DNA of 64,000 nucleotides from Lama guanicoe (taxonomy: Eukaryota), in assembly GCA_013239625.1 (NCBI GenBank), contig MU054400.1:1709345-1773344 (forward strand). Direction: 5' to 3'. The position numbers and the translations under genes were made by a program. A model generated the notes under the pieces. It was not told the origin of the DNA, made no database searches, and saw nothing but the letters and a program-made list of their open reading frames with translations. How positions within the stretch are numbered: the first letter of the stretch is position 1; each line of letters opens with the position of its first letter. Shown one piece after another: positions 11,530 through 25,639 of this stretch.

Positions 11530-13714
11530 TTTTAAAGTAAAACTTTAAATTTTTGCCCACTGAAGTAAAATTGACAAGTAAAATTGTGAAATATTTAAAG
11601 TGTGCAACATATATTTGATATATGTATACGTTGTGAAAGAATTCCCCCCATTGAGTTCATTAACATGTCCATTACCTCACATATTTAGTCTTTTTTTTTT
11701 TTTGGTGTTAGAACTTTTAAGTTATACTCTCTTAGCAAATTTCAATTATACAATACACTTTTGTCCATATTATATATACATTATATTCTCAGAATGTATA
11801 TTCTCAGAACTTATTCATCTTTATGGCTGAAAGTTTATACTCTTTTCACAACCTCTTCCTGTTTCCTCCACTCCTACACATACCCTGAGGCTCTGGCCAC
11901 CACTTTTCTACTCTTTGCTTTTCATAAGTAAGTTTCATGTGTTGTTTTGTATTGTTTAGATTCCACATATAAATGATATCACTGTAGACCTTTCTCTGTC
12001 TGATTATTTTACTTAGTATAACACCCTCAAGGTCCATCCATATTGTTGCAGATACAGGGTTTTCTTTTTTAAGGCTGAATAATATTCCTGTGTGTTTGTG
12101 TGTGAGTATATGTATCACATCTTCTCTATCCAGTCATTCATTGATGGACACTTAGGTTGTTTCCATACTGTGGCTATTTGAATAATGCTGCAATAACCAT
12201 GGGAGTACAAATGTCTTTTAAAGATTAAGAATTTTATCTCCTTTGAATATATATCTAGAGTGGAATTCCTGGGACATATGGTTATTCTATTTTTAATTTC
12301 TTGAGGAACTGTCATATTTTCCATAGTGGCTTTACCAATTTAAATTCCTAACAACAGAGGGAAGGGTACGTCTCAGTGGTAGAGTACATGCTTCGCATGC
12401 ACGAGGTCCTGGGTTCAATTCTCAGTGCCTCCATTAAAAATAAATAAATAAACCTAATTACTCTTCCCTTCCAAATTTAAAAAAACAAAAACAGTAAATT
12501 CCTTACAACAGTCTGCAAGGGTTCTCTTTTCTTCATATCCTGACCAGTACTTGTTATCTCTTATCTTTTTGATAATAGCCATCTTAACAGATGTGAGATG
12601 ATGGCTCATATTGTTGTTGATTTGCATTTTCCTGATGATTGTTAATACTGAGCACCTTTTTATGTACCCATTTGCCATTTGTATGTCTTCTTTGGAAAAA
12701 TAAGTCTATTCAGACCTTTTATCCATTTGTTTGGGGTTTTTGTTTTATTTGTTTTGATTTCTTTCTATTGAGTTGGGTGAGTTCCTTGTGTATTTTTGGT
12801 AGTAACCCTTTTCTGAATATGTGACTTACAAATACTTTCTCTCATTCCATATGCTGCCTTTTCATTTGTTGGTGGTTTCCTTTGCCAACAAAAGCTTTTT
12901 ATTTTGATGTAGTCCCACTTATTTTTGCTATTGATGTCAAATCCAAAATATCATTGCTAAAACCAGTGTCAGTGAACTTCTTCTCTATTTTTTTCTTCTA
13001 AGAGTTTTACAGTTTTGGGTCTTATGTTCAAGTCTTTATTAATCTTGAGTTAATTTTGTGTAAGATAGAGTTTCATTCTTTTGCATGTGGCTATCCAGTA
13101 TTTTCCAACACTGTTGATTGAGGATACTACCCTTTCCCCCATTGTATATTCTTTCTCCTGTGCCATAAATTAATTGACCATATATACATGGGCTTATTTC
13201 TGGAGCATGTATTTTGTTCCCTTGATCTATGTGACAGGTTTCATGCTTGTACCATACTATTTTGATTACTATAATTTTGTAATATAATTTGAAATAAGGA
13301 AGTGTAATGCCTCCAGCTTCGTTCTTCTTTCCCAAGGTTCCTTTGGCTATTTGGGGTCTTATGTGTTTCCACACAAATGTTAGGATTGTTGGTTCTATTT
13401 CTGTGAAAATTGCCATTGGAATTTTTATAGAGATTGCATTAAATCTGTAGATCTCTGGGTGGTATGGACATTTTAACAGTATTAATTCTTCCAGTCCATG
13501 AGATGAAATAGCTTTTTGTTTATTTGTCTTCTTCAGTTTCTTATATCAATGTCTTAAGCTTTTGGCTTATAGAATTTTTAACCTTGTTGGTTAAATTTAG
13601 CCCTAAATATTTTATTATTTTTGATGCTATTGCGAGTGGGATTGTTTTCTTAATTTCCCTTTCTGATAGTTCATTGTTGGTATAGAAAAATACAGCTAAT
13701 TTCTGTATGTTGGC
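11530..13714 (-). mobile_element. L1MA-like 3' fragment (ORF2 C-terminus plus 3' UTR)
   Basis: ORF2 remnants ([31 protein letters not shown]). Confidence 0.8.
12358..12494 (+). mobile_element. tRNA-derived SINE (camelid vic-1-like)
   Basis: A/B-box head (CTCAGTGGTAGAG...GGTTCAATT), A-rich tail, 17-bp TSD TAAATTCCTWACAACAG at 12341-12357 and 12495-12511. Confidence 0.9.
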
Positions 13715-14650
13715 TTTTTGTTTTTTGAAATATAGTTGATTTACAATGTTGTGTTAATTTCTGGTGTACAGCATAGTGATTCATCTATATATAAATATTT
13801 TTTATTATAGGTCATTATAAGGTATTGAATATAGTTCCCTGTGCTATACAGTACGAACTTGTTGTTTATCTATTTTATATATATTAGTATCTGCAAATCT
13901 CAAACTCCCAACTTATCCCTTCCAATCCCCTTCCCCCTGGTAACCATAAGTTTCTTTTCTGTGTCTGTGAGTCTGTTTCTGTTTTGTAAATAAGTTAGTT
14001 TGTCTTTTTTTAGGTTCCACATGTAAGTGATAGCATGTGGTATTTTTCTTTCTCTTTCTGGCTTACTTCACTTAGAATGATGATCTTCAGTTCCATCCAT
14101 ATTGCTGCATTATTTTATTGTTTTTTATGGCTGAGTAGTATTCCATTGTATAGATATACCACAACTTCTTTACCCAGTCATCTGTTGATAGACATTTAGG
14201 TTGTTTCCATGTCTTGGCTACTGTAAATAGTGCTACTATGAACATTGAGGTGCATGTATCTTTTCAAATTAGTTTCCTCCAGATATATGCCCAGGAGTGG
14301 GATTGCTGGATCATACGGTAACTCTTTCTAGTTTTTTAAGGAATCTCCATACTCTTTTCCAAAATGGCTGCACCAAACTGCATTCCCATCAACAGTAGGA
14401 GGGTTCCCTTTTCTCCACACCCTCTCCAGCATTTATTGTTTGTGAACTTTTTAATGATGGCTATTCTGACAGGTGTGAGGTGATGCCTCATTTCAGTTTT
14501 GGTTTGCATTTTTCTGATAATTAGCAACACTGAGCATTTTTTCATGTTCCTGTTGGCCATTTGTATATCTTTATTGGAGAAATACTTTGTTAGGTCTTCT
14601 GCCCATTTTTGGATTGTGTTGTTTGTTTTTTGTTATTGAGTTGTATGAAC
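13715..14650 (-). mobile_element. Lineage-specific L1 3' fragment
   Basis: T-rich tail; 3' UTR shared with the copies at 22408, 29510, 30038 and 60987; [13 protein letters not shown] remnant. Confidence 0.85.
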
Positions 14651-15988
14651 TGGCGTAACTCAGTCCTGAGTGAACTTAGTGTTACTAGGTTGCTCACAGT
14701 TAAGCTGCTCATCGTTGTGTATGTGCAAATCAGAAATGTGAAATTCAGGACTATGGAGGTAAAAGCAACCTTGAGATTACTCTACCTCTCTACCTGCTTC
14801 ACATTACATGAGAAAGTCAGCATTACAAATGGCAAGCAAATTGAGTGTGTAGCATTGAATATTCAGTGCCAGAAGTCTCATTTAAAATAATCTTCTGTGT
14901 AATTTACAGTCTCATACCAAAACCCATGATATAATTAATTTTGGTGACTTTCAGTCTGATTCTTGATGGCAAGTAGGAGAACTGTGACTATAGGTCAATA
15001 ATCTTTCCTTTTTTCACCTTATTAACATTTTGCTGGAGGAACTGTTGAAAGAGGGCATCTATCTGATGGAGCAAAGCCCTACAGGCAGTGTGTCTGGAAA
15101 AGTCCTAGTTAACGGCTGTCACTGTGACGTAGTCAATAAAAACACCCCCTTTCATTCTCAAGAGAGTCCTGGTTTGAACAATAGATTATATAGAAACCCT
15201 ATGACCAGGAGGTGGTACCTCTCTGTGGCCACCACTGTTCAGGGGCTGGTTTGCACCTTTGCAGAACCAGCAGCTCAGGGTGATGAGGACACAGGCTGAT
15301 CTTGTGTGGGAGGAAGCTGGTTCCTCACCACAGACGTGACAGGAGACCGATGCCCAAACAATAACACTATGTTTTTAACTTATTATGAATACTGTAACTG
15401 CCAAGCAGAGTGGAAACCAATGTTGGTTTCTCAGTATATTCTCTCCCTTGAAGGGTAGTCTCCTTGGAAAGCTCACAGTCCTTAGAATTACCAAAATCAT
15501 AATTCTTGTGGATGAGGAGACCCAGGTGATCTGGGTTCACTGGAGGAGCTGCTGTAATTTGCAAGACAGGTTTCAATACTTGGTACCACACGAAGTATAG
15601 CCTATGTCCTACTAAGTTTTCCTTTACAAGCAGGAAGTGGCTTTGGTTTTCTTTCCAAAGAGATATGTAGGGTCAGCATCAGCTACAGGTAAAGAAGAGG
15701 GATATGAGCTTCCAATCAACCCTCTCCTCTGTTCTTTACTAATATTAGGTCCAAGTTCCCTCACCCATCGGCCAGGCCTGTTGGGGCTGATGTCAGTGGC
15801 AGACATTCTCTGATGCCTGAGTTCAGCCAGGAGCAGCCTCCTCCACTCCTTCCTTGTTGCAACATTGGAGGTTACAGAGGTTGTAAATATTGAGTGTACT
15901 TAGTGTGAACTGTGAACCACTCCTCATCACCCATCCCACTTCCCAGTAGACAGTAGATGCAATGCCCAGAAGAGGATTAAAATCCAGC

Positions 15989-15994
15989 TTTATT
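15989..15994 (-). terminator. Candidate poly(A) signal (AATAAA) for the downstream alternative terminal exon
   Basis: Plus-strand TTTATT ~190 nt past the alternative stop codon. Confidence 0.5.
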
Positions 15995-16181
15995 GGTGGA
16001 TTGAAGAACACAGTTAGGATCTGAGGCCAAAGTGCGGTTTCTTTCATCCTCTCTGAAGTGATGACAGTTGAGCCCACTGGGTGGGGCTCACCAAACTTAC
16101 CCACCCCGTAACAGACTGAGGCTGGAACATGGAGAACCGGTCCTGGGTAGGCCCAGCATGGGCAGGTCCTGCTGGATCTGT

Positions 16182-16195
16182 TTACTGCATGTAGA
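16182..16195 (-). CDS. FRMD3: FRMD3 alternative terminal exon (coding part V-Y-M-Q-stop), reached from an internal donor at 20965/20964
   Basis: Acceptor TTCCAG|TCTACATGCAGTAA after a long pyrimidine tract; phase-1 donor TCAG|GTATTG in the main last exon; resembles my recollection of a 556-aa human isoform ending ESVSMQ. Confidence 0.7.
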
Positions 16196-16214
16196 CTGGA
16201 AGCCCAAAAGCAGG

Positions 16215-16218
<4 letters not shown>

Positions 16219-16250
<32 letters not shown>
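16219..16250. repeat. (AG)16 microsatellite, read as (CT)16 on the FRMD3 strand
   Basis: Read directly from the sequence. Confidence 0.95.
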
Positions 16251-16254
<4 letters not shown>

Positions 16255-16730
16255 AGCCAAAAAACAAGTAAGCAGGGTCCTTTAGCACATTATTTCCGCC
16301 CAGTAGAGAAAGGCGGCCCCAAGTCTCAGTTCATCAACCCCAACCATCCCGAGGTCACCCCAGGTGGAAGCTTCTCCCCACTTCTTTCCTTCCAAGCTGG
16401 AGTGTGGTTAGGAGATCTTTGCTCTATTTGGCTGAGCAAGGAATATACAAATAATGAAAAGGGTTTTTCCCAAGAGGCAAGGTTGAGTCAGGGGCCTGGA
16501 CTGCTCAATGAACAAATGGCCAAGGGCCGTTTTGTGCGAGCCTCCCAGTCTACAGACATTAAGGCAAACAAGGTGCTGATGAGCGTGCTGGAGTCAGGAC
16601 TGTAGGTCTGAGTCACCTCACATGCCTGAACACGGGCCACCGAATTCCTTTTCTTGCCTGTGCTCTGGAGCTGGGACCCCTGAGGACTGCTGAGGACGAA
16701 CTTGACAGACTTCACCACCCTCAGCCCCCA

Positions 16731-17042
16731 GAGGGGTAAAATGGATGAAGGGGGTCAAAAGGTACAAACTTCTAGTTATAATTAAGTCCTGGGGATATAA
16801 TATACAGCTTGGTGATTCTAGTTAACAATTCTGTACTGTATATCTATCTGCAGGTTACTAAGTCAGCAATCTTAAAAGTTCTCATCATGAGAAAAAGAAT
16901 TTTAACTATGTGAGGTGATGGACATTGACTAAACTTGTGGTAATCATTTTTCAATATATACATGTATCAAATCATTATGTTGTACACCTAAAAATAATAC
17001 ACCGGTATTTGTCAATTACATTTCCATAAAACTGAAAAAAAT
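16731..17042 (+). mobile_element. L1MA-type 3' end fragment
   Basis: GGTCAAAAGGTACAAACTT...CAAATCATTATGTTGTACACCT followed by an A tail. Confidence 0.75.
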
Positions 17043-17669
17043 AATCTTGACTAGGCCACCACAGCTAGGGTACAGTTCACCTGGACATCACTGGTTCCTA
17101 TAGTAAAGAGAGCCCCCCTTTTACTCCATTCAGAGCAACACCTTCCGGTTGTTCCGCAACTGTCAGGTGCGGAGTTGTTAGCTTTGTGCCAGACCAAAGC
17201 AGAGGGCCTTTTAGACCATGCTGAATGGAGGGGAAGACAGGAGAATAGTAAGATTTTCACAGGGCCTGTGAACAAATAGATGTTTAATGGCAAGTGTTGC
17301 AGAGTTGGGTCGGATGTAGGTCTCTCTGGCACAGGAAATGATGACTTTCTAACTGCTAGCGCTCTGAAATCCTTCCTCCTCCCTGTCATGCAGAACACCC
17401 TTCTTTTTTTTTTTCCTGTGCTTTTCTATTTCTCTATTTCTAATGCCACTAGAGAAACAGAAAACTAGAATGCCACTAATTAAACTATAGATGTCATTTA
17501 TGTTGGGTGCATTTCTAGTGCACTCACTGTTTTTGCTTTTAGCCTGGGTAGCTCTGAAAAGGTTAATTCCATCCATTACCTCTGATTTTTTTCCCCCCTG
17601 CTGTCACCATTCTAGGGTGACCTCACTTCATGGTACTAGATGGCACCTTTCTGTAGTTTCCAACAGGCT

Positions 17670-20600
17670 ATTTATTCAGCTTTACTTTGAATAAAACTAA
17701 ATGATTGCAGAAACATTTTTCCCCAGAGTATTTTTATTAGGGATTCCTGCCACCATATTAACATATAAAACAATCTGGATGTTGACATAGAAATGCAGAT
17801 TTCACTATACAAAGATAAGGCTCCAATCACAGGTAACATGGCCCCCATATCTCTAGTATTTCAATGAAATCGATTCATTTTGAATTCTTCCCAGAGTTGT
17901 CTTTATAAATATTAGACAAGCCACAAAATATATTCCAGGTACATAACATTTTACAGTATGTTCCAAGCACAGACAGAAATACACGACACTTCACCTACAT
18001 TTTTTTCATGATCCAACTTGCATTAGCACTAAAGACAAGATTGTGTGTGTATATGTATTTGCCATATATGTGTGTATACAAAACCACAAATATACACATG
18101 GTGGTTTTCATGGAAAATTGAACCCTTTGAGACTGGGTTTTATCCACTATGATATCTGAGAGGGAAAAGGAATAACAATGTGTCACAAATTCCTCTACTG
18201 GGGAAAATAAAAACAACTACGTACGAAGGGCGTATCAGTTGTGTGTATACAAATACACACATATATACAGATTCATATAGTAACACATATATACCAATAA
18301 TATGGAATATACATATACTCACACACTTGCTTTGAATTCTGTATCTCACTGTATTATATATTCTCCATCTTTGGAAGCAGTCTTTTCCTCATTTGATTCA
18401 GGCAACTGGTGACTGTCTTCTAACAAAACTTAAGTGGATATTTTCTAAAAGACACTGATTCTATCCTGACAAAATGACATTTCAGGATCCGAGTTTTACC
18501 TCTCGTAGCTAATGTTTAAATTCAGCAGACTCTCCTGTCAACTCTTTCACTTAAAAACATTTCTACTTCAACAGTGAAGGTTTTGTCTAAGAGAAAAGAG
18601 ATGTTAGCTGGAAATGTTAAAATTATATGTTTATTAGTCCTTAATGTAAATCTGCATGGCTGGACTATGTGTGATATTTATCCGGTCAGTATTTTTTCAG
18701 TTTTATGATGGGCAATAAATTACTTCCATAATTAAAAAATACTGTTTAATATTAGTTTAAAGGGGCAAGCGCTGGATGATTTGCTATGGTTAGAACTTCA
18801 AAGACAATGATGTGAAGCATGATTAGAAGGGGGTACTAATTGTGTTCCGACAACACTAGCGTACCCTTATGTCAAAAAGTATGACTTTAAGCCATAAATA
18901 AGGGGGGGGAAATGTCAGTTTCAAAGGTGGCCATTTGCAGACTTCCAAAATAAATTATAGTTAATTGATTTCATTATTGGTATTGAATTGCAGGAGTCAA
19001 GTACATAAGAAAGAACACCCTATAAACTTAATAGCAAATTATAGTTTGCTCAACTTAAGGCTTGATAAGCTGACTGTGAAAACTGATTTACAAAATTAAA
19101 TGTCTAATAAAGCCCTCTGTGCTCCACAAATGAGTAGGACTGGAATGGCCAATTTGGAAATTATGCTAATGGGAGAGCTGGAGTTAGGGAAAGACTACAG
19201 GCAGCCCAGTCCCTCTGAAAACATTCCATGCCTTCATTTACAATCTGGAGAAATCCCTATGCTTTATGCCCTAAGCTCCTTACTCTTCCCTTTCTCACTT
19301 ATAGCTCAGTATTGGTAAGTATTCTCCACGGGAAGGCGTCGGAGCCTTTCCGTCCTGGATTTAATGGTATCAAGGTAATTAGGGCATTTATCCCCTGTAC
19401 TGTCAGCTTAGGGAGTCATTTCACTACTTCATCGAAGCCAAAATGGTATATCCATCTAATGAGTCCCCTCCACTTTCTTAATGAGAGCCCCAGTTAATGA
19501 ATGAGGGAAAGGAAACTAGGAAAGTAAAGGTGTATAGTCACCACCACAAGGAAGACCATCAGCATTTATCAAAAAGCCAAGATCCATGCTCTTCACACTC
19601 TTTCTTCCTTTCTCTCTCTCTCTCTCTGTCTCTTACACACACTTCTGTTAAACTTTCTTCCACGGAATCTCGATGAATGGCATGAAGGACCAAAAAAAGT
19701 ACCTTCAAGTTTTTCCACTTTTATTTTAATCCACTTAAACATATTTATGTCAACTCAGAGTGCATTGTTCTTTACATCATCCAATACCTTGCAACACCAC
19801 CACTTTCATAAAATAGATCATTTGTCTACCACCACTTGCCTGCCTCTACCAGCCTCACCAGAACTCTTGTTTTTCTACTTGCCCTTTTACCAGTTCCCAT
19901 CTGCTTCCACTGTTGGGTTAAGGTACAATAATATGCAATTAACTAACATATCCTTTACCTTTTTTCCTTTAAAGTTTCACTTTCTTTTAAAAACATTCTG
20001 TTCCCTCAGCCAGAATAAATGGACAGAATGCAGATGAAAGTAGCAAGTCATCTTGTCCAACTACTTGGAGAGCCTCAAGTGGACACTGGGTGGTCCATTT
20101 TTCCATGTCTGCATCCTCCAGTTCCATCATCCATTTCAGAGCTTATTTTCTACAGTATTTTTCTTCCTATTTTCTGTCTCATATGCAGGTAACAACAAAT
20201 TATGTGATTGTTCAGCCAAAAATATTTTAAAAAACAAACCAGTGCCAAAACATTAAAAAATTCCTGACATACCCTTTGTGCATTAATCTTACAATCTGTA
20301 CACTTAAATAACTCCAGGAGGCTTCTTTTTTTGCCAAAAATTTACCAAAATATTTTGAACACATAAAAATATTTTTAAAAAAACAAAAACAAAAGCCCAG
20401 CATAAATTTAGTTGTATAGGCATTGGTTAGAGGACATTGTTTTCTCTAAGGATGATATTCAAAAACTGTCTCTTGGGTTTTTACTAAAATTCTGATTCTG
20501 AACCTTATAGCTTGTAATGGTGCTAATAACTATTTAAAAAAAGGAGGAAATCTAATTCGGCTCAATGTATTATAATAGATAAAGAGTATGTCTGTACTAT

Positions 20601-20827
20601 AATAAAAAATAAATGTGTTTTTGGTTATTTAGAGGCCATCTTCCTGGCCTGTAACTAAAATAACTGTATTTGCCATGAATAATGGAAAGCTAACTTAAAG
20701 GTTTGAATAATCAGAGGAGTAAGGAACACCTGTTGACGGCCCCGTGACCACTCAGAACCAGGCATTTGCTGAAAAAAACCAAATCACTAGTATTGAATAT
20801 AGCCCTTAGTCATATGAGAGAGGAGTT
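17670..20827 (-). other. FRMD3: FRMD3 long 3' UTR (end approximate)
   Basis: AT-rich block largely free of transposons after the stop codon; minus-strand AATAAA at 19720-19725, 18630-18635, 17733-17738 and 17671-17676. Confidence 0.65.
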
Positions 20828-21463
<636 letters not shown>

Positions 21464-22407
21464 TCAGGTGTTCTTTTTCCACAAAGATCTGTAGCTTGAA
21501 ACAAACCAAAACTAACGAATGGAATTTAGGGAATCCGTGAAATTGTTCTGTGGAATCCTGACTTTAAACAAAGTCATTTTTATAACAGATCCTACCATAA
21601 GTTTTAAGGTCAACATGTTAAACCCAAAATAACCAAAACACCTCAAATAGTTGGCAGTATTTACAACATTTACACGAGCAATTATGGTCTGAAAACCTCC
21701 AACTTTGGTCATGTCTGCAAGAATAAAAAGGCAGGAAATCACTATCATGTTATAATTTTGAGTGGTGTCTTTCACAGGTCAACACTGTCATCGAGTAAAG
21801 TATTACAGGAAAATTAGAGAATCTGCTAGCCAATGATAACCATTTTATTATATTATGTATTATGTTCTAGTCTTCATTCTAGGCACAGTTTTGTGGTTTT
21901 TCATTTTATATAATTGCAATCATATTGTATGAACAGATTTGCATCTTGGTCCTTTAACATTTTAACTTAGACATTTTCTGTGTTGATGTAAACTCCCATT
22001 GGCATTTATAATGGCTGCCAAATTTTCTACATAGTTAATATCATATTAGTTGCCTGTTGGCAAACATTTAGATTGCTTTGCAGTTGTGGAAAAAATGCTA
22101 TGAGACATCTTTATATATAAAACCCTTTTCCCCTCTCTTTTGCAGTTCATTTGATGTCTGAAAGAAAAATTTCTTGGTCAAAGGGTATAAACATTATTTC
22201 TTAAAATTTACCAGGGAATAGGGTTTCTTAACTTCACGTTTTACAGACGAGAAATTCAGTTACCTACTATCAGGCCAAAGGCCAGCTCTCCTAACTTTGA
22301 ATCTTGGGTTTTTACTGGGAAAGGCAGAATCAAAGAAATGTTCCCAGGATGGATCTATAGTATAATACTAAATTGGTAGTCAGATATATTAGGTAACTGT
22401 AAACCAG

Positions 22408-25400
22408 CTTTTTTTCCCTTTTTTTAATTGAGGCATAGTCAGTTTACAATGTTGTGTCAATTTCTGGTGTCCAGCAGAGTTTTTCAGTCATACATGAATT
22501 TATACATATTCATTTTCACTGTAAGCTACAAGACGTTGAATATATTTCCCTGTGCTATACAGTAGAAACTTGTTTATCTGTTTTACATATACCAGTCAGT
22601 ATCTGCAAATCTCGAACTCCCAATTTATCCCTTCCCACCCCTCCTCCCTGCAGGCAACCACAAGTCTGTATTCTATGTCTGTGAATCTGTTTCTGTTTTA
22701 TATGTAAGTTCATGTCTCTCTCTTTTTTAAAAGATTTCACATATGAGTAATATCGTATGGTATTCTTCTCTTTCTGGCTTACTTCACTTAGAATGACATT
22801 CTCCAGGAACATCCATGTTGCTGCAAATGACATTATTTTATTATTTTTTATGGCTGATTAGTATTCCATTTTATAAATATAGCACAACTTCTTTATCCAG
22901 TCATCTGTCGATGGACATTTAGGCTGTTTCCATGCCTTGGTTATTGTAAATAGTGCTGCTATGAACATTGGGGTGCAGGTGTCTTTTTGAATTAAGGTTC
23001 CCTCTGGATATATGCCCGGGAGTGGGATTGCTGGGTCAAATGGTAAGTCTATTTTTAGTCTTTTGAGGAATCTCCATACTGTTTTCCACAGTGGCTGCAC
23101 TAAACTGCATTCCCACCAACAGTGTAGGAGGGTTGCCTTTTGTCCACAGCCTCTCCAGCATTTATCATTTGTGGACTTTTGAATGAGGGCCATTCTGACT
23201 GGTGTGAGGTAATACCTCCTTGTAGTCTTGATTTGCATTTCTCTGAAAATTAGTGATATTCAGCATTTTTTCATGTGCCTATTGGTCATTTGTATGTCTT
23301 CACTGGAGAATTGCTTGTTTAGGTATTCTGCCCCTTTTTGGATTGCGTTATTTTTTTCTTATTAAGTTATATGAGCTGTTTATGTATTCTAGAAATCAAG
23401 CCCTTGTCAGTCTTATCTTTTGCAAATATTTTCTCCCATTCCGTAGGTTGTCTTTTTGTTTTGCTCATGGTTTCCTTTGCTGTGCAGAAGCTTGTAAGTT
23501 TAATTAGGTCCCACTTGTTTATTTTTGCTTTTATTTCTATTTCTTGGGTAGACTGCTCTAGAAGAACATTGCTGAGATGTATGTGATATAATGTTTGGCC
23601 TATGTTTTCTTCTAGGAGATTTATTGTGTCTTGTCTTATGTTTAAGTCTTTAATCCATTTTGAATTTGTTTTTGTGTATAGTGTGAGGGAGTATTCTAGC
23701 TTCATTGACTTACATGCAGCTGTCCAGTTTTCCCAACACCATTTGCTGAAGAGACTGTCTTTATTCCATTGTATATTCTTGCCTCCTTTGTCGAAGATTA
23801 GTTGACCAAAAGTTTGTGGGTTCATTTCTGGGCTCTCTATTCTGATCCTTTGATCCATATGTCTGTTTTTGTACCAATACCATGCTGTTTTGATTACTGT
23901 AGCTCTGTAGTATTGTGTTAAGTCTGGGAGGGTTATTCCTCCAGCCTCATTCTTTTTCTTCAGTAATATTTTGGCAATTCTGGGTCTTTTGTGATTCCAT
24001 ATGAATTTTAATATGATTTGTCCTAGTTCTGCAAAATATGTCCTGGGTAATTTGATAGGGATTGCATTAAATCTAGATTGCCTTGGACAGTATGACCATT
24101 TTAACAATATTGATTCTTCCAATCCAGGAACATGGGATATCTTTCCATTTTTTAAGTCTTCTTTAATTTCCTTAGTCAGTGTGTTGTAGTTCTTCATGTA
24201 TAAGTCTTTCACCTCCTTGGTTAGATTGATTCCTAGGTAATTTATTACTTTGTGTGCTATTTTAAAAGGGGTTTTTCTTTACTTTCTTTTCCTGTTGATT
24301 CATCATTAGTGCAAAGAAATGCAACTGATTTTGGTACATTAATCTCGTATCCTGCTACCTTGCTGAATTCTTCAATCAGCTCTAGTAGTTTTTGTGCGGA
24401 GCTTTTAGGGTTTTCTATATATAGTATCGTGTCATCTGCATATAGTGACAGTTTTACCTCTTCTTTTCCAATTTGAATCCCTTTTCTTTTTCTTTGCCTA
24501 ATTGCTGTGTCTAGGACTTGTAAGACTGTTGAATAGAAGTGGTAAGAGTGGACAGCCTTGTCTTGTCCCAGACTTTAGTGGAAAGGTTTTTCAGTTTTTC
24601 ACTGTTGAGTACTATGCTGGTTTGTCATACATAGCTTTTGTTATGTTGAGATATGTTCCCTCTATACCCACTTTGGTAAGGGTTTTTATCGTAAATGAGT
24701 GTTGAATTTTATCAAATGCTTTTCCTGCATCTATTGAGATGATCATGTGGTTTTTGTCCTTTCTCTTGTTGATGTAGTGTATTACATTGATTGATTTGCA
24801 TATGTTGAACCATCCTTGTTTCCTGGGATGAACCCAAGTTGATCATGGTATATGATCTTTTTTATGTGCTGTTGGATTCTATTTGCTAATATTTTGTTGA
24901 AGAATTTTGCATCTGTGTTCATCAGTGATATTGGTCTGTAATTCTCTTTTTTGGTGGTGTCTTTGCCTGGTTTTGGTATCAGGGCGATGGTGGCTTCATA
25001 AAATGAGTTTGGGAGTACTCCCTCCTTTTTAATCTTCTGGAAGAGTTTGAGAAGGATGGGTATGAATTCTTTGTATATTTGGTCAAATTCCCCAGTGAAG
25101 CCATCTGGTCCTGGACTTCTGTTTGTAGGGAGGTTTTTTATTGCTAATTTTATTTTATTTCAAGTGGTCAGTTTCTTCTTGATTCAGTCTTGGTGGACTG
25201 TATGTTTCCAGAAACTTGTCCATTTCTTCTAGTTTATCCATTTCCATATAGTTGTTCATAGTATTTTTGTATGATATTTTGTACTTCTGTGGTATTGGTT
25301 GTAATTTTCCATTTTCCTTTCTTTATTTGTGCTCTCTTTTTGGTGAGCTTGGCCAGAGGTTAATTTTTTTACTCTTTCTAAAAACCAGCTCTTGGTTTGA

Positions 25401-25527
25401 TTTTTTTTCCCATTGTTTTCGAATCTCTATTTATCTCCTCCCTGATCTTTATTATTTCCTTTCTTCTGCTGACTTTTGGTTTTGTTTGCTTTTCTTTTTC
25501 TAATTCTTTTAGCTGGTAGGTTAGATT
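22408..25527 (-). mobile_element. Lineage-specific L1, 3' ~3.1 kb, 5'-truncated
   Basis: ORF2 RT and C-terminal remnants (ORFs 23367-24212 and 22858-23238), 3' UTR, T-rich tail. Confidence 0.93.
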
Positions 25528-25639
25528 GACCAAGATATCCAGTGCACACTCTTGCCTGACTTGAGTCCCCAAACAATGAGCCATACAGGCCCTGGGTCCG
25601 ATCCTGCTGTCCGGCTAATTCATAGTCCCACTTACTGCC

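Noticed and set aside
12358..12435. tRNA-like sequences (also 27156 and 49441) as tRNA genes
   Set aside because: They have a shared non-tRNA body, A-rich tails and (in two cases) TSDs, so they are SINE heads
15823..16260. 145-aa ORF starting in the CT repeat
   Set aside because: Non-ATG start, microsatellite-derived SLSLSL and no recognisable homology
16097..16288. Longer alternative C-terminus STCSKQIQQDL...RGG through a phase-0 donor CGG|GTGAAC at ~21061
   Set aside because: Weaker donor than CAG|GTATTG and no other support; not excluded, but not reported as a feature
18040..18110. Short TGTGTATA/TATACACA hairpins as a miRNA or structured RNA
   Set aside because: Stems of only 7-8 bp in low-complexity sequence, expected by chance
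23367..24212. 281-aa ORF (and the 245-aa ORF at 60996-61733) as host genes
   Set aside because: Fragments of L1 ORF2p in truncated, frameshifted copies
22390..25545. TSD for the 22408-25527 L1 (also the 13715-14650 and 31400-33097 copies)
   Set aside because: No convincing direct repeat found by eye; boundaries left approximate
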